Shown here: one piece after another, positions 50,557 to 61,882 of the stretch
How positions within the stretch are numbered: position 1 is the first letter of the stretch
Layout: the number at the start of each line of letters is the position of its first letter
From: Azolla caroliniana
Taxonomy: Eukaryota > Plantae > Polypodiophyta
Assembly: GCA_043228905.1 (NCBI GenBank)
Contig: JBHGNT010000005.1
Location: forward strand, 10,664,001 to 10,728,000
Length of the DNA stretch: 64,000 nucleotides
Direction of reading: 5' to 3'
The notes under the pieces: generated by a model
Told to the model about the DNA's origin: nothing
Databases searched by the model: none
Seen by the model: only the letters and a program-made list of their open reading frames with translations
Translations under genes and position numbers: made by a program

Positions 50557-52542
50557 TCATTGTTCACCCAAATTGTCCAAAATACTTGGTTCAAGAATTT
50601 CCACTTGTTCTTCCGGTTGTGGTTGTTGCGGCTGTGCTTCCTGCTGCTGCTGTGGTTGAGGTTGGGCCTGAGGCTGCTCCGGCTGCTCTGCTTGCTGCTG
50701 CTGCTCCATTTGTTTCGCTGACTCCGGCTGCTCCGTTTGTCTCTCTGGCTCCGGCATCTCTGTTTGACTGCTTCCGGTCCGGTCTCCTTCCAGTAACGGT
50801 TCCTCATCACTGAGGTTGACCGTAACTGGTTCTCGTTCTTTCTCTCCCCGGATCCGGCGTAGATTCTCAGCAGTCTTCTTGAGTTCTGCCTCCGCTGCCG
50901 TCTTCAGTTCTCTTTCGCGGCTCCTCAGCGCTTCTTGGGCAGCAAGCTCATCCTTTAAATCCGCAAGCTCTTGGGCTTGTGCCGCATTTCTCTCCGGAAC
51001 GGTTCCCGTTGCCGGGGTCTGATTGCTATGTACAGGTTGATCTGACACTTTATTCTGTACATTGCCCGGAGTCACCGGTGCTTGGACTTGTGTTTCCCTT
51101 GTGACCCTGTCCAAGTCTTGTTCAAGGCTCCGGATTCTGGACCGGGCCGTCTCTAGATCTACGGTTGTGACGAGCAACCGTTCCTGGTGCGCTCTCTCTT
51201 CCGCCTCTATATACTCGACCACTCCGGCGATTTGCTCGCCTACCCACCGTAGCCACATGCTACTGGTGCCCTGTTGCTGTACTGGTCGGGTCGGCTCATT
51301 CACTGTGGAATTGTCTGGCCTGATTGCCTGCATATGCCGTTCTGGTTCTACTCCTTGGCCGCCGTGTGCTCTGGCTGGGCTCGCCGGCTGTTGAGTTCCG
51401 GTTCTCGCCGTCTCCGGAGCCGTTGGACTGACTTCTTCCATAGAAGTCGACAAGACCGGTTCCCTACGCACCGGTTCCGGTTCTTCCCTTGTGGTTTGCT
51501 CAGGTTGAGTTGGGGGCGTTTCTGCCTCTCGCGGGTACGACCGCTCCCCTCCTGTCTTGGCGGTCCTACTTCTTGACCGTCGTTGGAGGTGCTCTTCTGG
51601 CTCCTCCGTTTCCTCTTCCTGTGTCACGGCATGTTTCTGTGCCGTCGAGGGTTCCGGTTCCTTCTGTCCCGGTCTCCGTAAGGTTATCTTGACGGGTCGG
51701 ACCGGTGACACCTCCTCCGGTTCTGGGACCCGTTTCTTCCCTTTCGTCGCCTTCGACGCCAGCAACTGCTGTCGTTTGGACGCCGGCTTCGAGGTGCTTC
51801 CTTCCGATACTCTTGGCCGCTTCTTTGGCTGGACGGTCTCGACCGGCGGCACGAGCAATGTTATCCATTGAGCTACGGCGTGCCACAGCTTCCGGCCCTC
51901 CTTGCCGTCCTTCCCTCGTACCATGTCGATTGCCATGCACAATCCGTCTGCAATCAACACCGGCCAGTCCACCTTGATCCCTTCATAGGTGGCTATGATC
52001 ATCCCTGCCCGATTTTTTGGCATGACAGGGGGTCGGGGGTACACGTGACCGTACTCATGGAGCACTCGAGCTATCTCCCTGAATAGCGGATCTTCGCCGC
52101 CCTGCGTCCGATAGCCTTTGCCGGCAACAGAGTACTCACCGAAATATCGGATGAGTTGCTCCGAGGTTGGGTTATCGATCTGAAAGATTCCTCCCTCCGG
52201 AAGGCCTGTTAGCGCGCGGATCGCTTCCTCAGTGATGACCTCTGTGGCGAGCTCCTTGATGACCCGGTCGGCTTCTCTGTGCGGCGGTGCCTCCATGATG
52301 GCCAAGAACCCCTCCAGTCCGTTTTGCCTGAACCATTTCCTGGCCGCTTCCGACAGCGTTTGTGGTTCCATGTCTGCTTCAAGGTCGAGGGAAGATGGCG
52401 AGGTAGAGTGGTGATGAGAGTGAGAGCGAGAGAGAGAGCGTTCTGAGCACGGGGGTTCTCTGCGTGCAGGTTCGCGTTTGCTCAGCTTCCACTGTCTTGG
52501 TGCTTCTGTGCTTCTTGGCTCGCGAAATGAAAAGGTCTCCAT
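50557..52542 (-). CDS. ORF3 of G2b, unknown function (globular N-terminus, low-complexity linker, coiled coil)
   Basis: Open frame of about 660 aa between pol and the 3' LTR; homologous to ORF3 of G2a; true start uncertain. Confidence 0.8.
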   Translation of the reverse strand: METFSFREPRSTEAPRQWKLSKREPARREPPCSERSLSRSHSHHHSTSPSSLDLEADMEPQTLSEAARKWFRQNGLEGFLAIMEAPPHREADRVIKELATEVITEEAIRALTGLPEGGIFQIDNPTSEQLIRYFGEYSVAGKGYRTQGGEDPLFREIARVLHEYGHVYPRPPVMPKNRAGMIIATYEGIKVDWPVLIADGLCMAIDMVRGKDGKEGRKLWHAVAQWITLLVPPVETVQPKKRPRVSEGSTSKPASKRQQLLASKATKGKKRVPEPEEVSPVRPVKITLRRPGQKEPEPSTAQKHAVTQEEETEEPEEHLQRRSRSRTAKTGGERSYPREAETPPTQPEQTTREEPEPVRREPVLSTSMEEVSPTAPETARTGTQQPASPARAHGGQGVEPERHMQAIRPDNSTVNEPTRPVQQQGTSSMWLRWVGEQIAGVVEYIEAEERAHQERLLVTTVDLETARSRIRSLEQDLDRVTRETQVQAPVTPGNVQNKVSDQPVHSNQTPATGTVPERNAAQAQELADLKDELAAQEALRSRERELKTAAEAELKKTAENLRRIRGEKEREPVTVNLSDEEPLLEGDRTGSSQTEMPEPERQTEQPESAKQMEQQQQAEQPEQPQAQPQPQQQQEAQPQQPQPEEQVEILEPSILDNLGEQ

Positions 52543-52696
52543 GCGTTCTGCTTCTTCTTTGTGCGTTTTGGCGCCTTTTTCGAGCATGCACACGTCGTGT
52601 ACCAATTTAGTATTAAGTAGCGTGGCGTCTCTTAAATGCCCACTACGTACCTTTTCGCGCCTTGCTTTCACACCCGTTCATACCTCGATTTTTAAT

Positions 52697-52697
<1 letters not shown>

Positions 52698-52739
<42 letters not shown>
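52698..52739 (-). repeat. A42 tract on the element sense strand between pol and ORF3
   Basis: Run of 42 T on the + strand. Confidence 0.9.
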
Positions 52740-52746
<7 letters not shown>

Positions 52747-52757
52747 GGTGTGTGACC

Positions 52758-55700
52758 TTACACATCCGTAGGTCCCTTCGGACCCTGACCGTTTTCCTGA
52801 CGGGTTGCCGTGTCTTCCTTCGCCTCTGCTACGGGTTCCCCGTCGTCTTTTTCTTCCGGATCGATCCGTACCGATCCCGGACAGGTTCCTGGTGTAGTGC
52901 CGGTGAGCTGCATAAACGGGTTCTTTGGCATCGGTCCTTTATAAGGCTTTAGTCGAAATCCATTCACCCACTTGCCTAGTACTTCCCCGGCAAGTGTCCC
53001 TATCTGATAGGACCCGTTGTATTCCCGTGTCAGCCAATACGGGCCTGTCCATCTGAACCGGAGTTTACCCGGCATTTTGCCCATCCTCGTTTGGAATACT
53101 AGAACCGGCTTTCCGATTTCGAACATCTTTTCGTTACCTTTCCGGTGACGGTCAACGAACGCTTTCCGTCTTCGTTGCTCCAGTTCCATGTGGAGGATGC
53201 TGGCCAGCCGTTGCTCCTCCAGTTCGCATAGTGCTGCTAGCCGTATTTCCTCCGACTTCTTTTCATTCAGCCGTTCCCGTAGTTGGATCCGTAAGCTTGG
53301 TACCTGAAACTCGACCGGCATGACCGCTTCTAAGCCGAATGCTAACCGGAACGGCGTTGTCCGGATACTCGTTTTGTATGCCGTTCTGTACGCCCATAGC
53401 GCACTATGGAGCTTTGTGTCCCAGTCCGTCCGGTTTTCATTGACAATTTTGCGGAGAATGTTCTGCAGCGTTTTGTTGGTGGACTCTGCTAACCCGTTCG
53501 CCTGTGGGTAATACGGTGTGCTTCTTTTATGGACCACGGCATAGAACGTTGTTAAGCTTTCCACTACCTGGCCGAGGAAGTGGCCTCCTTGGTCGCTGAT
53601 TAATTCAATCGGACATCCATATCGGCACCAAATGTTTTCGTACAGGAATTTTGCTGTGGATGACGCGGTGTTGTCTCTCAGGGCCTTAGCTTCCACCCAT
53701 TTAGTGCAATAATCTGTTGCCACGATGACATAACGATTACCCGTTCTCATTGCCGGTCGCTTGAACGGTCCGACAAAATCCAACCCCCACTTCTGGAATG
53801 GCTCTAGTGGCAGTACCGGTTGGTGTGGCATCCGTGCTTGTTCCGTAGGCTGGCCCATTCGTTGGCATAGGTCACATTCCTTAGCATACTTCACGGCATC
53901 TTTTAGCGTCGTGGGCCACCATAAGCCGCTCTGGCATACCTTTCTTGCCGTCGCTTCCCCGGCATAGTGTCCTCCGGCAACCCCACAGTGTGCTTCCCGT
54001 AAGATTACTTCTTTCTCGTCACTACGGACTGCCCGTCTCCATATTCCATCTGCTCCCTTGTGGTAGAGAGTGTCCCGTAATAGACAGAAATTGCGGCTCT
54101 GCACCGCCAGTCGTTTCCTCTCGTCCCGGTTCATTTCCTCCGGTGGCAAGCCCGTGCTTAGGAACTGGTGCATGTTTGTCAGCCATTTATCTTCTGATGC
54201 CACCGTGTCGTCCGCTGCCGTTTCCGGGGTGATACGGAATAACTCCGCGTCCGGGAATTCATCCGCTACTCCGTCGCCTGGTTCTCCGGACTCTAACCGG
54301 CTCAGGTAGTCTGCTACGGCATGCTGGATACCGGGCCGGTGGAAAATCTCGAATTCGAACTCCTGCAACAGCAAGGTCCAACGGGCCAACTTACCGGTTA
54401 GGGACGCCTTGGACACTAAGTACAGAAGCGCCGAGTGATCCACATGAAAGGAGAACTTCCTTCCCAATAGGTAGTGCCGAAACTTTGTGACACTGTAGAT
54501 CATGCCGAGGGCCTCCCGTTCCGTCGTTGAGTAGTTCTTCTCCGCTTGGGATAGTTTCCGGCTTGCGTAATATACCGGCCGGTACCATTTAGGCTCCGTA
54601 AGTTGCATTAAGGCGCTGCCAATAGCGATGTCGGACGCGTCCACGAACACGTGAAATTCCTTGCTCCAATCCGGAGGCTGCACGACAGGTGCTTGCGACA
54701 AAAGTACCTTCAGGGCATTGTATGCCTTATCCTCCGTCTCCGTCCATTGGAACGGTGTCCGATGTACCGCGGTGTGTAATGGTGTCGCCAAGTCCGCCAA
54801 GTGACGGAGCATCCGGCTGTGCCACCGGATTTGTCCTAAGAATCGGCTTAGTGCTTTGGCCGTTTTCGGCGCCGGTGCCCCTAGTATGGCGTTTACTTTG
54901 TCCGGGTCGACCGCAATGCCCTCCTTACTTACGATGTGTCCCAGCAATATTCCACTTGAAACCCCAAAGATGCATTTTGCTGGGTTTAAGCTTAGCCGGT
55001 ATAACCTACACTTTTCAAGGCATAACCGTAGGTGCTGCAAATGGTCTTTTCCCCGGCTATAAACTGCAAAATCATCCAGGAAAACTTGCATGAAGGCAGG
55101 AATGTATTCGCCGAAGATCTCCATGATGATTCGTTGGAACGTTGCTGGTGCCGTTTTTAGGCCGAACATCATGACTTCGGCCACAAACACCCCCCATTCG
55201 GTGACGAACGCTGTCTTTTCCTGGTCGTCCGGGTGCATCCGGATTTGATTGTACCCGCTGAACCCGTCTAAAAGCTATAAACTTCATGACCGGCGACGGC
55301 ATCCAGTACTCCGTCCGTGAACGGAAGAGGGAATGCATCCGTAATTGTGGCGGCATTTAGTTTCCTGTAATCAACACACACACGGATTTTACCGTTCTTC
55401 TTGGGGACGACGACGATGGGGCTCAGCCACGTCGCTTTCTTTACCGGCCGGATGAAGCCCACTCTTAGGAGTTTGTCGATTTCCTCTTTTACTTTGGCGG
55501 CGTAGTTGGGGTTCATTCGGTATCGTCGTTGCGCCACTGGTTTCGCGTCCTTGCCTAAGTGGATCTGATGCTGATATAATTGAGGGTCCAGCCCTCGCAT
55601 GTCTTCGTATGACCAGGCGAATACGTCGCGAAACTCTGTGAGAAGTTTGATCATCGCCGCTTTATCTTCCGGCTTCATTTCTTTGGCGATGTGTACCGGC

Positions 55701-58153
55701 TTTGATTCGTCTTTGCTTCCTAGGTTCACTTCGTCGAGCTGGGATGCTTTTACCCGTTGGGAAACGGCCATTTCTCGTTCCAATGCTTCCTGTGCTTGCC
55801 GTAATTCCCGAATCGCATCTTTATCTGGTTCGGCTTCGGTGTCGTCCCGCTGCGGCAAGTATGGTGCTACGGCTTCAGCTACGTCAATCTCGAAGAGTGG
55901 TACGATCTTCGGGTGTTCCTCCAAGTACTGGGCTTCTTCGTCGTCTGCCAATCCTTCAAGCATGTTCACACATTCCGCATACAGCGGTGTGCATTCCTTA
56001 CCATTGCTTGTCCGTGGTTGTGTCGGAACCCGGACCTTGGCTTTTCCGCGCCGGAAGGTAATCATATTTTTTCGCCAATTTTGCTTGATGTGTGCTGTTT
56101 TCAACCATGGTCTGCCCAGCAGCAGTGGGTACGCGCCTTGCGCCTGTAGCTGCAGCACTACAGCCGAGATGTGAAATGTGTGGCCTCCTATGGTGACTTC
56201 CAATTTCCGTATTAAGCTCGTCGGCCGTACAGAGCTCGTATCCGCCATCCGTAGCCAGAACGGACATGGCTCCCATTCATGTATACCCAAGGCATCACAC
56301 GTGCCAAGGCTTATTACGTTCACTCCGGAACCTCCATCGATTACTGTGCCGGGAAGTTCGTGCCCTTTGACAATAGCTGTGATCACCGGACTACTAGTGT
56401 CCACCACCGTCGGTCCCTCCTCCGGATTCGAGAAAAGAACTGGTGCCGGTGGAGCTATACCGTCTGTCATGACTGTTTTTAGTCCTTCTGTGAATCGCGG
56501 CACGAGCTACAAGAGTCTTCCTAGTGGTAACGTGATCTGACATTCTTGTAGTGCTTGCCATGTCTCGTTTTCCGGGTGGCTACCGCCCGCACTCCCTATG
56601 ATCTTCGCCTTTTGCCGTTCCGCGTCCGCGACGTTTCTTTCATTGGCTTCCTTTACCCATTCCGTCGCCTGTTTTCGTATGGCCTCTTGTGTTTCCCATT
56701 CTTTGGCCATGCCTTTCGACCGTGTGGTTACTTGCTGTAAATCCGCCACTTCCGGAACCACCATATTAACTGCTGGTCGTTTCTCGTAGCTCTTTACCGG
56801 GCACTGGTTACTGTAGTGGCCTTCTTGCCTACAGTAGTAGCAGTACTCTTTACGGGTATTGCTGGATTCAGCATTGCTGGTAGCCGGAGCCGGTCCCGTA
56901 GCGAGTGGTGCGTTCTGTGCCGGTTGGCTCCTTGGGGTTCCATGTTCCGGGTCCCTAGGGTGACCACCTTTCTTGAAATTACGTTTCTTATTATTCTTAT
57001 GTTTATTTCGGTAGTCCGGTCGTGGTGGATCGTAAAATCGGCCGTAGTCCTCCTGGTGCCTTCGGTAACCAGGGGAATGGTCTCTGTCGTATTGCTCGTG
57101 TCGCCTGTTGGGCTCTCGATAACGGTCCGATCGCTCATACCGATCGTAGTTATCACGCCGATTCCCGTACCGGCCATCATTCTGTTGCCTGTCTCCGTAC
57201 CGGATATCCTGTGCCGGTCGGTACCGGTTCATTTTTTGCCAACGATCTTCACCTTCGTCTTGGCTGCTTCTTGGCTCGATCCGTCGGACGGGTGGTGCTT
57301 GTCGGTTTAACAGGTTATACTCGCACCGATCCGTTGTATGACTCTTGGATTGACAAATCACACACTGAGTGCGCATGGTGCACTCTACTGCCGAGTGTCC
57401 GGCATTCAAGCAGATTGTGCATTGAATTGCCTGCCGGAAGCAGAGATCTTCCTCGGTGGGTAACGCCCGTTGCAGTGTTCCCAGCGTAAGCCATGAGCTT
57501 GTCTTTTCCATTTCTCTGACCCGGTCAATGACCTGATCGATGGTGCATCCTCGAAAGTCGATCACCGTACACACCGTGCGTAACGGTTCCCGGAGTGCGT
57601 TTAAAAATATCGTCCGTAATTCCTCCTCCGGGGGTGCACGGGCAAGCTGGCTATGCATTCGTTGGAAACGGATGACGAATTGGGGAATGCTTTCCCCTGC
57701 CTCCTGCCGGATCGTATAAAACAGACCCACCATTGTCGTCTGGTCGACCTCCTTGTGGAAAAAATGCAAGAACTTTGCTTTTAATTCTGCAAATGTTGTG
57801 ATGGTCGCCGAGTCCTGCGACCGCCGCCATCGTGTCGCTGGTCCCTCCAACGTGACTCCGAATTCCGCTATCTTCGAGCGTTCTTCTTCGTCCGGTGTCA
57901 TTCGCTGGGACGTGTGATTTGCTTCCCATGTCTGCTCGAAGTCATCCACATGCGCTTCCGCGTCCGGATCATCGCGGTACTTTGAGTATTGGAACGGCAT
58001 GTCGTCGTCCAGTATTAAGCCGCGGTTTAGTGGCGTTTGTTGATATTTTTCCGGTACTTTCTCCGGTTCCACTTCCGGTTCTTTTGCCGGTCCTTTTTCA
58101 AGATTGCTTAAAGTGTGCGGCACTTCATCGAGGGTTGTTTGGGGTGGACTCAA
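52758..58153 (-). pseudogene. gag-pol: gag-pol of G2b (N-truncated gag, PR, RT, RH, INT) with one stop (56507) and one frameshift (~55268)
   Basis: Zinc knuckles; VIDGGSG; MMFGL and FLDD; VDASD; GLDF/SDQG/NGLAE; GPY. Confidence 0.93.
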
Positions 58154-59013
58154 GTTTAGATCTTATTTGTATGTCTAAACATAAGTAGTGATATAGTTTT
58201 AGAAGAATAGAAGAGTGAGGGCGTGGGTGGGGGTTAGGGGAGTGTAGCTTGTTGAAATTATCAAAAGTATTTAAACCTAATCAAAGTTTTTAGAATATAT
58301 TAAAGATCATTGGGATAACTTAAGTTATTAGACAACAATAACGTACTATTAAAACACCAATATAGAGTATTATTAAAACGGGACCACACGCTTGGATGAA
58401 CGAGAGTTGTTTAAACACACGCTTAAGCAAACACTTAAAAGAAAGATTATTATAAAAAATAAGAATAAAAATAAAAATAGAAAAGAGAGATTGAGATTAA
58501 AAAATGATTATGGTTAAGAAGGGATTATGATTAAGGGGGAAGGGGTTGCTAAACAAAGTACTTAAACGAATGTTTAAACAAATATTTAGATAAGAAAACA
58601 CTTGGGCAGACACTTAACGCAAGGTTAGGATTAAAAGAGAAGGGAGGGATTATGGTTAAAGAAAAGGGGTCATGGTTGAGAAGAGAATGATTATGATTAA
58701 GAGAGGAGAATACTTAAACAAATGTTTAAACAAAAAGTTAAACCTAAAAATGATTGAACAAGTACTTAAAAAAAAGGGGTTAAACAAGTAGTAATAAAAA
58801 TGTTTATTAAACAAGTACTTAATAGAAAATGATTAAATAAATGCTTAAAAACTTAAGACAAAAAAAAAAAAAAAAAAAAAAAAAAAAGATAAAAAAGTGA
58901 TTAAACAAGTACTTAATAAAAGTTTATTAAATAAGTACTTAAGAACTTAAGACAAAAAATTAGATAAGAGCAACACATAGAAGGAAAGAAAGTTTTACTA
59001 TCATAAGGCAACG

Positions 59014-59059
59014 ATCGGCAAATGCATTTCGCCTCGATGGAGGCTCTTCAGTGCCCGAT
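59014..59059 (-). ncRNA. Minimal type-I hammerhead ribozyme
   Basis: Minus strand reads AUCGGGCA-CUGAAGA-GCCUC(CAUC)GAGGC-GAAA-UGCA-UU^UGCCGAU: full core, stems I and II, palindromic stem III. Confidence 0.85.
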
Positions 59060-59221
59060 GTACAAATGATGAAAACTAAGCCTACTAGGTTGCTCTTTTT
59101 ATAGGGAGAGGGAGGAGAGTCCTTTGTATGTGGGACATACAAAAGTGTGTACAAAGGGAAGGTAAAAGAGTGTACACAAGACTTTAGGTGGGGGTTAAGA
59201 GGGGTGAGAGTACATAAAACA

Positions 59222-60960
59222 TTAGGTGGAGGGAAAGGATGCGTGTACTAGGTGGTTTCTTAGTTTTTTACCATTTAGCCAACACGTGAGAGGGGGTGTA
59301 AGGGAACTGTATTGTGGTTGTCCTAGAAGGGGTTTAAGTTTGTTTCTCACGAGCGCTCCGATTTGGAGTTTTTTGATACAAGGGGAGTATCGAAGCTTAA
59401 AAACAATGGGTGGAGGTTTTTTGTTGTTGGGTTGGTTAGAGAGTAGTTGGTTTCGTATGGAGTAGGGGACGGTCGAAAAACACTTGAGTAGGAACTTCGA
59501 TGGGTAGCCCCTAGCTCTTAGGCGGTCGTAGAACTTTTTGCGTAGTTCCATGTAGCCATTTTCCGAGCTCTCCCGAATAGCATACCGTTTTAGTTCGCCC
59601 GTGATGAAGCCCTTTTTGTGTGCTATGGGGTGCGAGGATTTCCACGGGAGGTACATGTAGGCATTGAGAGGTTTTTGGTGGCATGTGGTGTCGAGGATGC
59701 CGAATTCTTTAAAGTATGGGCCTTTGAAGAATACGACGTCCAGGATGGTGATCTCTTTAGGGGAGGTTGTTGATTCAATACGGATGTGTTGTTGTAGAGG
59801 CACGCCGTATTGGTGTAAGAAGGTGTGAAGTGTATCGGGGGAACCTTCCCAAACTCCTATGGCATCATCGATGTAGCGTTTGTAGTAGAGTAGTTGCGGT
59901 GTTTGGAAAGCTAGGTTGTCGTCCTCTAGCTGCGAAAGAAACAAGCAAGCGTAAACAACCGCAAAATTACTACCCATCGCGGTGCCTTTAATTTGTAACC
60001 AAAAAGCATTATTAAAGGAGAGAAAATTGTTTCTAAGTATTAGTTCGGCAACACTCATAATGATTTTGGTTTTGTGTGGTGGGAAATGATGTGAAATAGA
60101 TTTTTTAAAAAACAATAGACCTTCCGTGGTAGGTATACTGGGATATAGTGACACTACGTCAAAAGAAAACAACGTGCAAGTTTTGGGGAAGGTGTGGTGT
60201 GCTAGGTCCTTAACAAGTGTTAAGGAGTCTTTGAGGTGTTGTTTTTTAGACAATAAGACAGGATGTAGTAGATGGTGTAGCCATTTAGAGGCTCTTTCGA
60301 AAACATAATTGTTGTAGGCGCAAATAGGGCGTCCTACAACAATGGGCTTGTGGACTATGGGGATGATGTAGAAACGACATATCCTGAAACCATGTTTGGG
60401 TTTTTGAAGGAGGAATCTAATTTCCTCATTGGAGAGGTGGGGGGAAGCTTTCAGACATAGGTGTTCAAGTCGACTGTGGAGAGTTTCTAGGGGGGCGTCT
60501 TTGACGGGGGTGTAGGTGTTTTTGTCGTTGAGCTGTCTAAGGCATTCGTTAAGGTACCAATCCTTAGAGAGAATGCACGTGCCTAGATTTTTATCCGCGG
60601 GTTTAATAACTATGTCTTGATTTTTTTTGAGATTGCGTAGTGCAGTTCTAAAGTTCCTATGAGGGCGAGGTTGGATGGTGGGTGGGGAGGGGAGGGCAGA
60701 GGTGATAGATGTGATGGTTTGTGTGATTTCTGGCACGGCTGGGGGATTCCAACTGGGGTTCGGTATTCTAAATGGAGAGATAATGTTAGTAGAGTTTCTA
60801 AAGAAATATTTGAGGCGGTAAGTTCTATCCAAGGATACAACGGCATCTATCAATTGTTGTTTTCTAATAGGTTGGGGTGGGGGAATAAAGTCTAGACCTA
60901 AGCTTAGAAGTTTGAGTTGGGGTGGAGGAAGGTGGAAAGAGGAAAGGTTGTGCAATGAGT
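59222..60960 (-). CDS. Penelope-like reverse transcriptase, about 580 aa, open but lacking its own ATG
   Basis: NLS..LLSLGLDFIP; KPADKNLG; FYIIP.VHK..GRPI; SFDVVSLYPSIP; QIKGTAMGS; RYIDD; QKPLN.YMYLPW.SSHP; RGYP. No GIY-YIG domain. Confidence 0.92.
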
Positions 60961-61882
60961 TTAACCGGACAAGGCCTAACACAAGGTGTCACGGAGACAC
61001 TTCACCAAAGGGTGATTACGGCATAGGATTAAGATTCAACGATTACACCGACTTACATAGGTTACACAATTAGAATGCTTCGGTTAATTACACGCGTAAG
61101 ATATAACAGTAATTACAGAACGGAAACCAAGACAGAAGTATAAACAACATAAGCTCTATTAATTATCCGCTCTCATTACAATGGGGTCCGGGCCTTTAAA
61201 TAGGTTTCCGGCCCGTAGTACAAAACGGTGCTTCTCGCACCTATTCGGGATCCGTCCGGATCTGGAACGGCATACCGTTTCCAGTCCGTCCGTCCACACT
61301 ATGCTCATTTACAACCATATCTAATTAATTCCTTCACTCCGTATTTTGGACTCCTTGCCGGCCGGTAACATAACCGAGCATCTAGTCGTGCACACAAGAT
61401 GTGAGGCAGTACAATACTCGATTTCCTCCTTGCTCCCATACTGGGAAGTCTTCGTGTGCCGGCTCCGGCGCTACCTCGTTTGTTCCTTCCATGAAGCTCC
61501 AATATCCATGCCCCAACAGGTACTGGTGCATCTTGTATCACCAGGACGCGTCCTTGCTCCGATCGAGCTTCTCTGTTGGAAGTGAACTCGCCATTCCTCT
61601 ATCCATATCTTCTCTCTGTCTGTTGTTACCGGGTTCTAGGGTTCGTCTACGAAAGCAAGTGTCGACTGCAGAGGTTCTCAACCCTCGCACTCTAATACCA
61701 TGTGAATGTTAACTTGCGGAAGCATTAGACAGAACCGGCTCAGCCGAAGAGCAACAGAGAATAAGATGAAGGTTTAATGGAGAAGTTTAATACATAGACA
61801 GTATACGCGGGAGAGATAGGGAGAGCAAAACGTAAACGTAGATTCAAAATATCACTTTGAAAATTCTATGTACATAAAACGT

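Larger units (their letters stand above)
58154..60960 (-). mobile_element. Penelope-like retroelement insertion (RT, hammerhead and AT-rich repeat tail; no endonuclease)
   Basis: Compositionally distinct block between the G2b LTR and gag that carries a PLE-type RT. Confidence 0.9.
50085..61370 (-). mobile_element. Young non-chromoviral Gypsy G2b with extra ORF3; PBS and gag start replaced by a PLE
   Basis: TSD TAACC (50080-50084 and 61371-61375); LTRs 50085-50504 and 60961-61370 appear identical over 410 bp. Confidence 0.96.
45132..61882 (-). mobile_element. Copia H (same family as C): 3' LTR 45132-45589, PPT 45590-45600, PBS 61689-61700, partial 5' LTR 61701-61882
   Basis: LTR copies align; gag is split by G2b; [21 protein letters not shown] and YVDD motifs. 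Confidence 0.92.

Noticed and set aside
58225-58245. Telomeric repeats at the PLE end
   Set aside because: Only an isolated GGGTTAGGG is present; there is no TTTAGGG array.
59222-60982. Telomerase, LINE or group II intron RT
   Set aside because: The KPADK, GTAMGS, YIDD, SSHP and RGYP motif set is PLE-type; no TERT T-motif, APE or maturase context.
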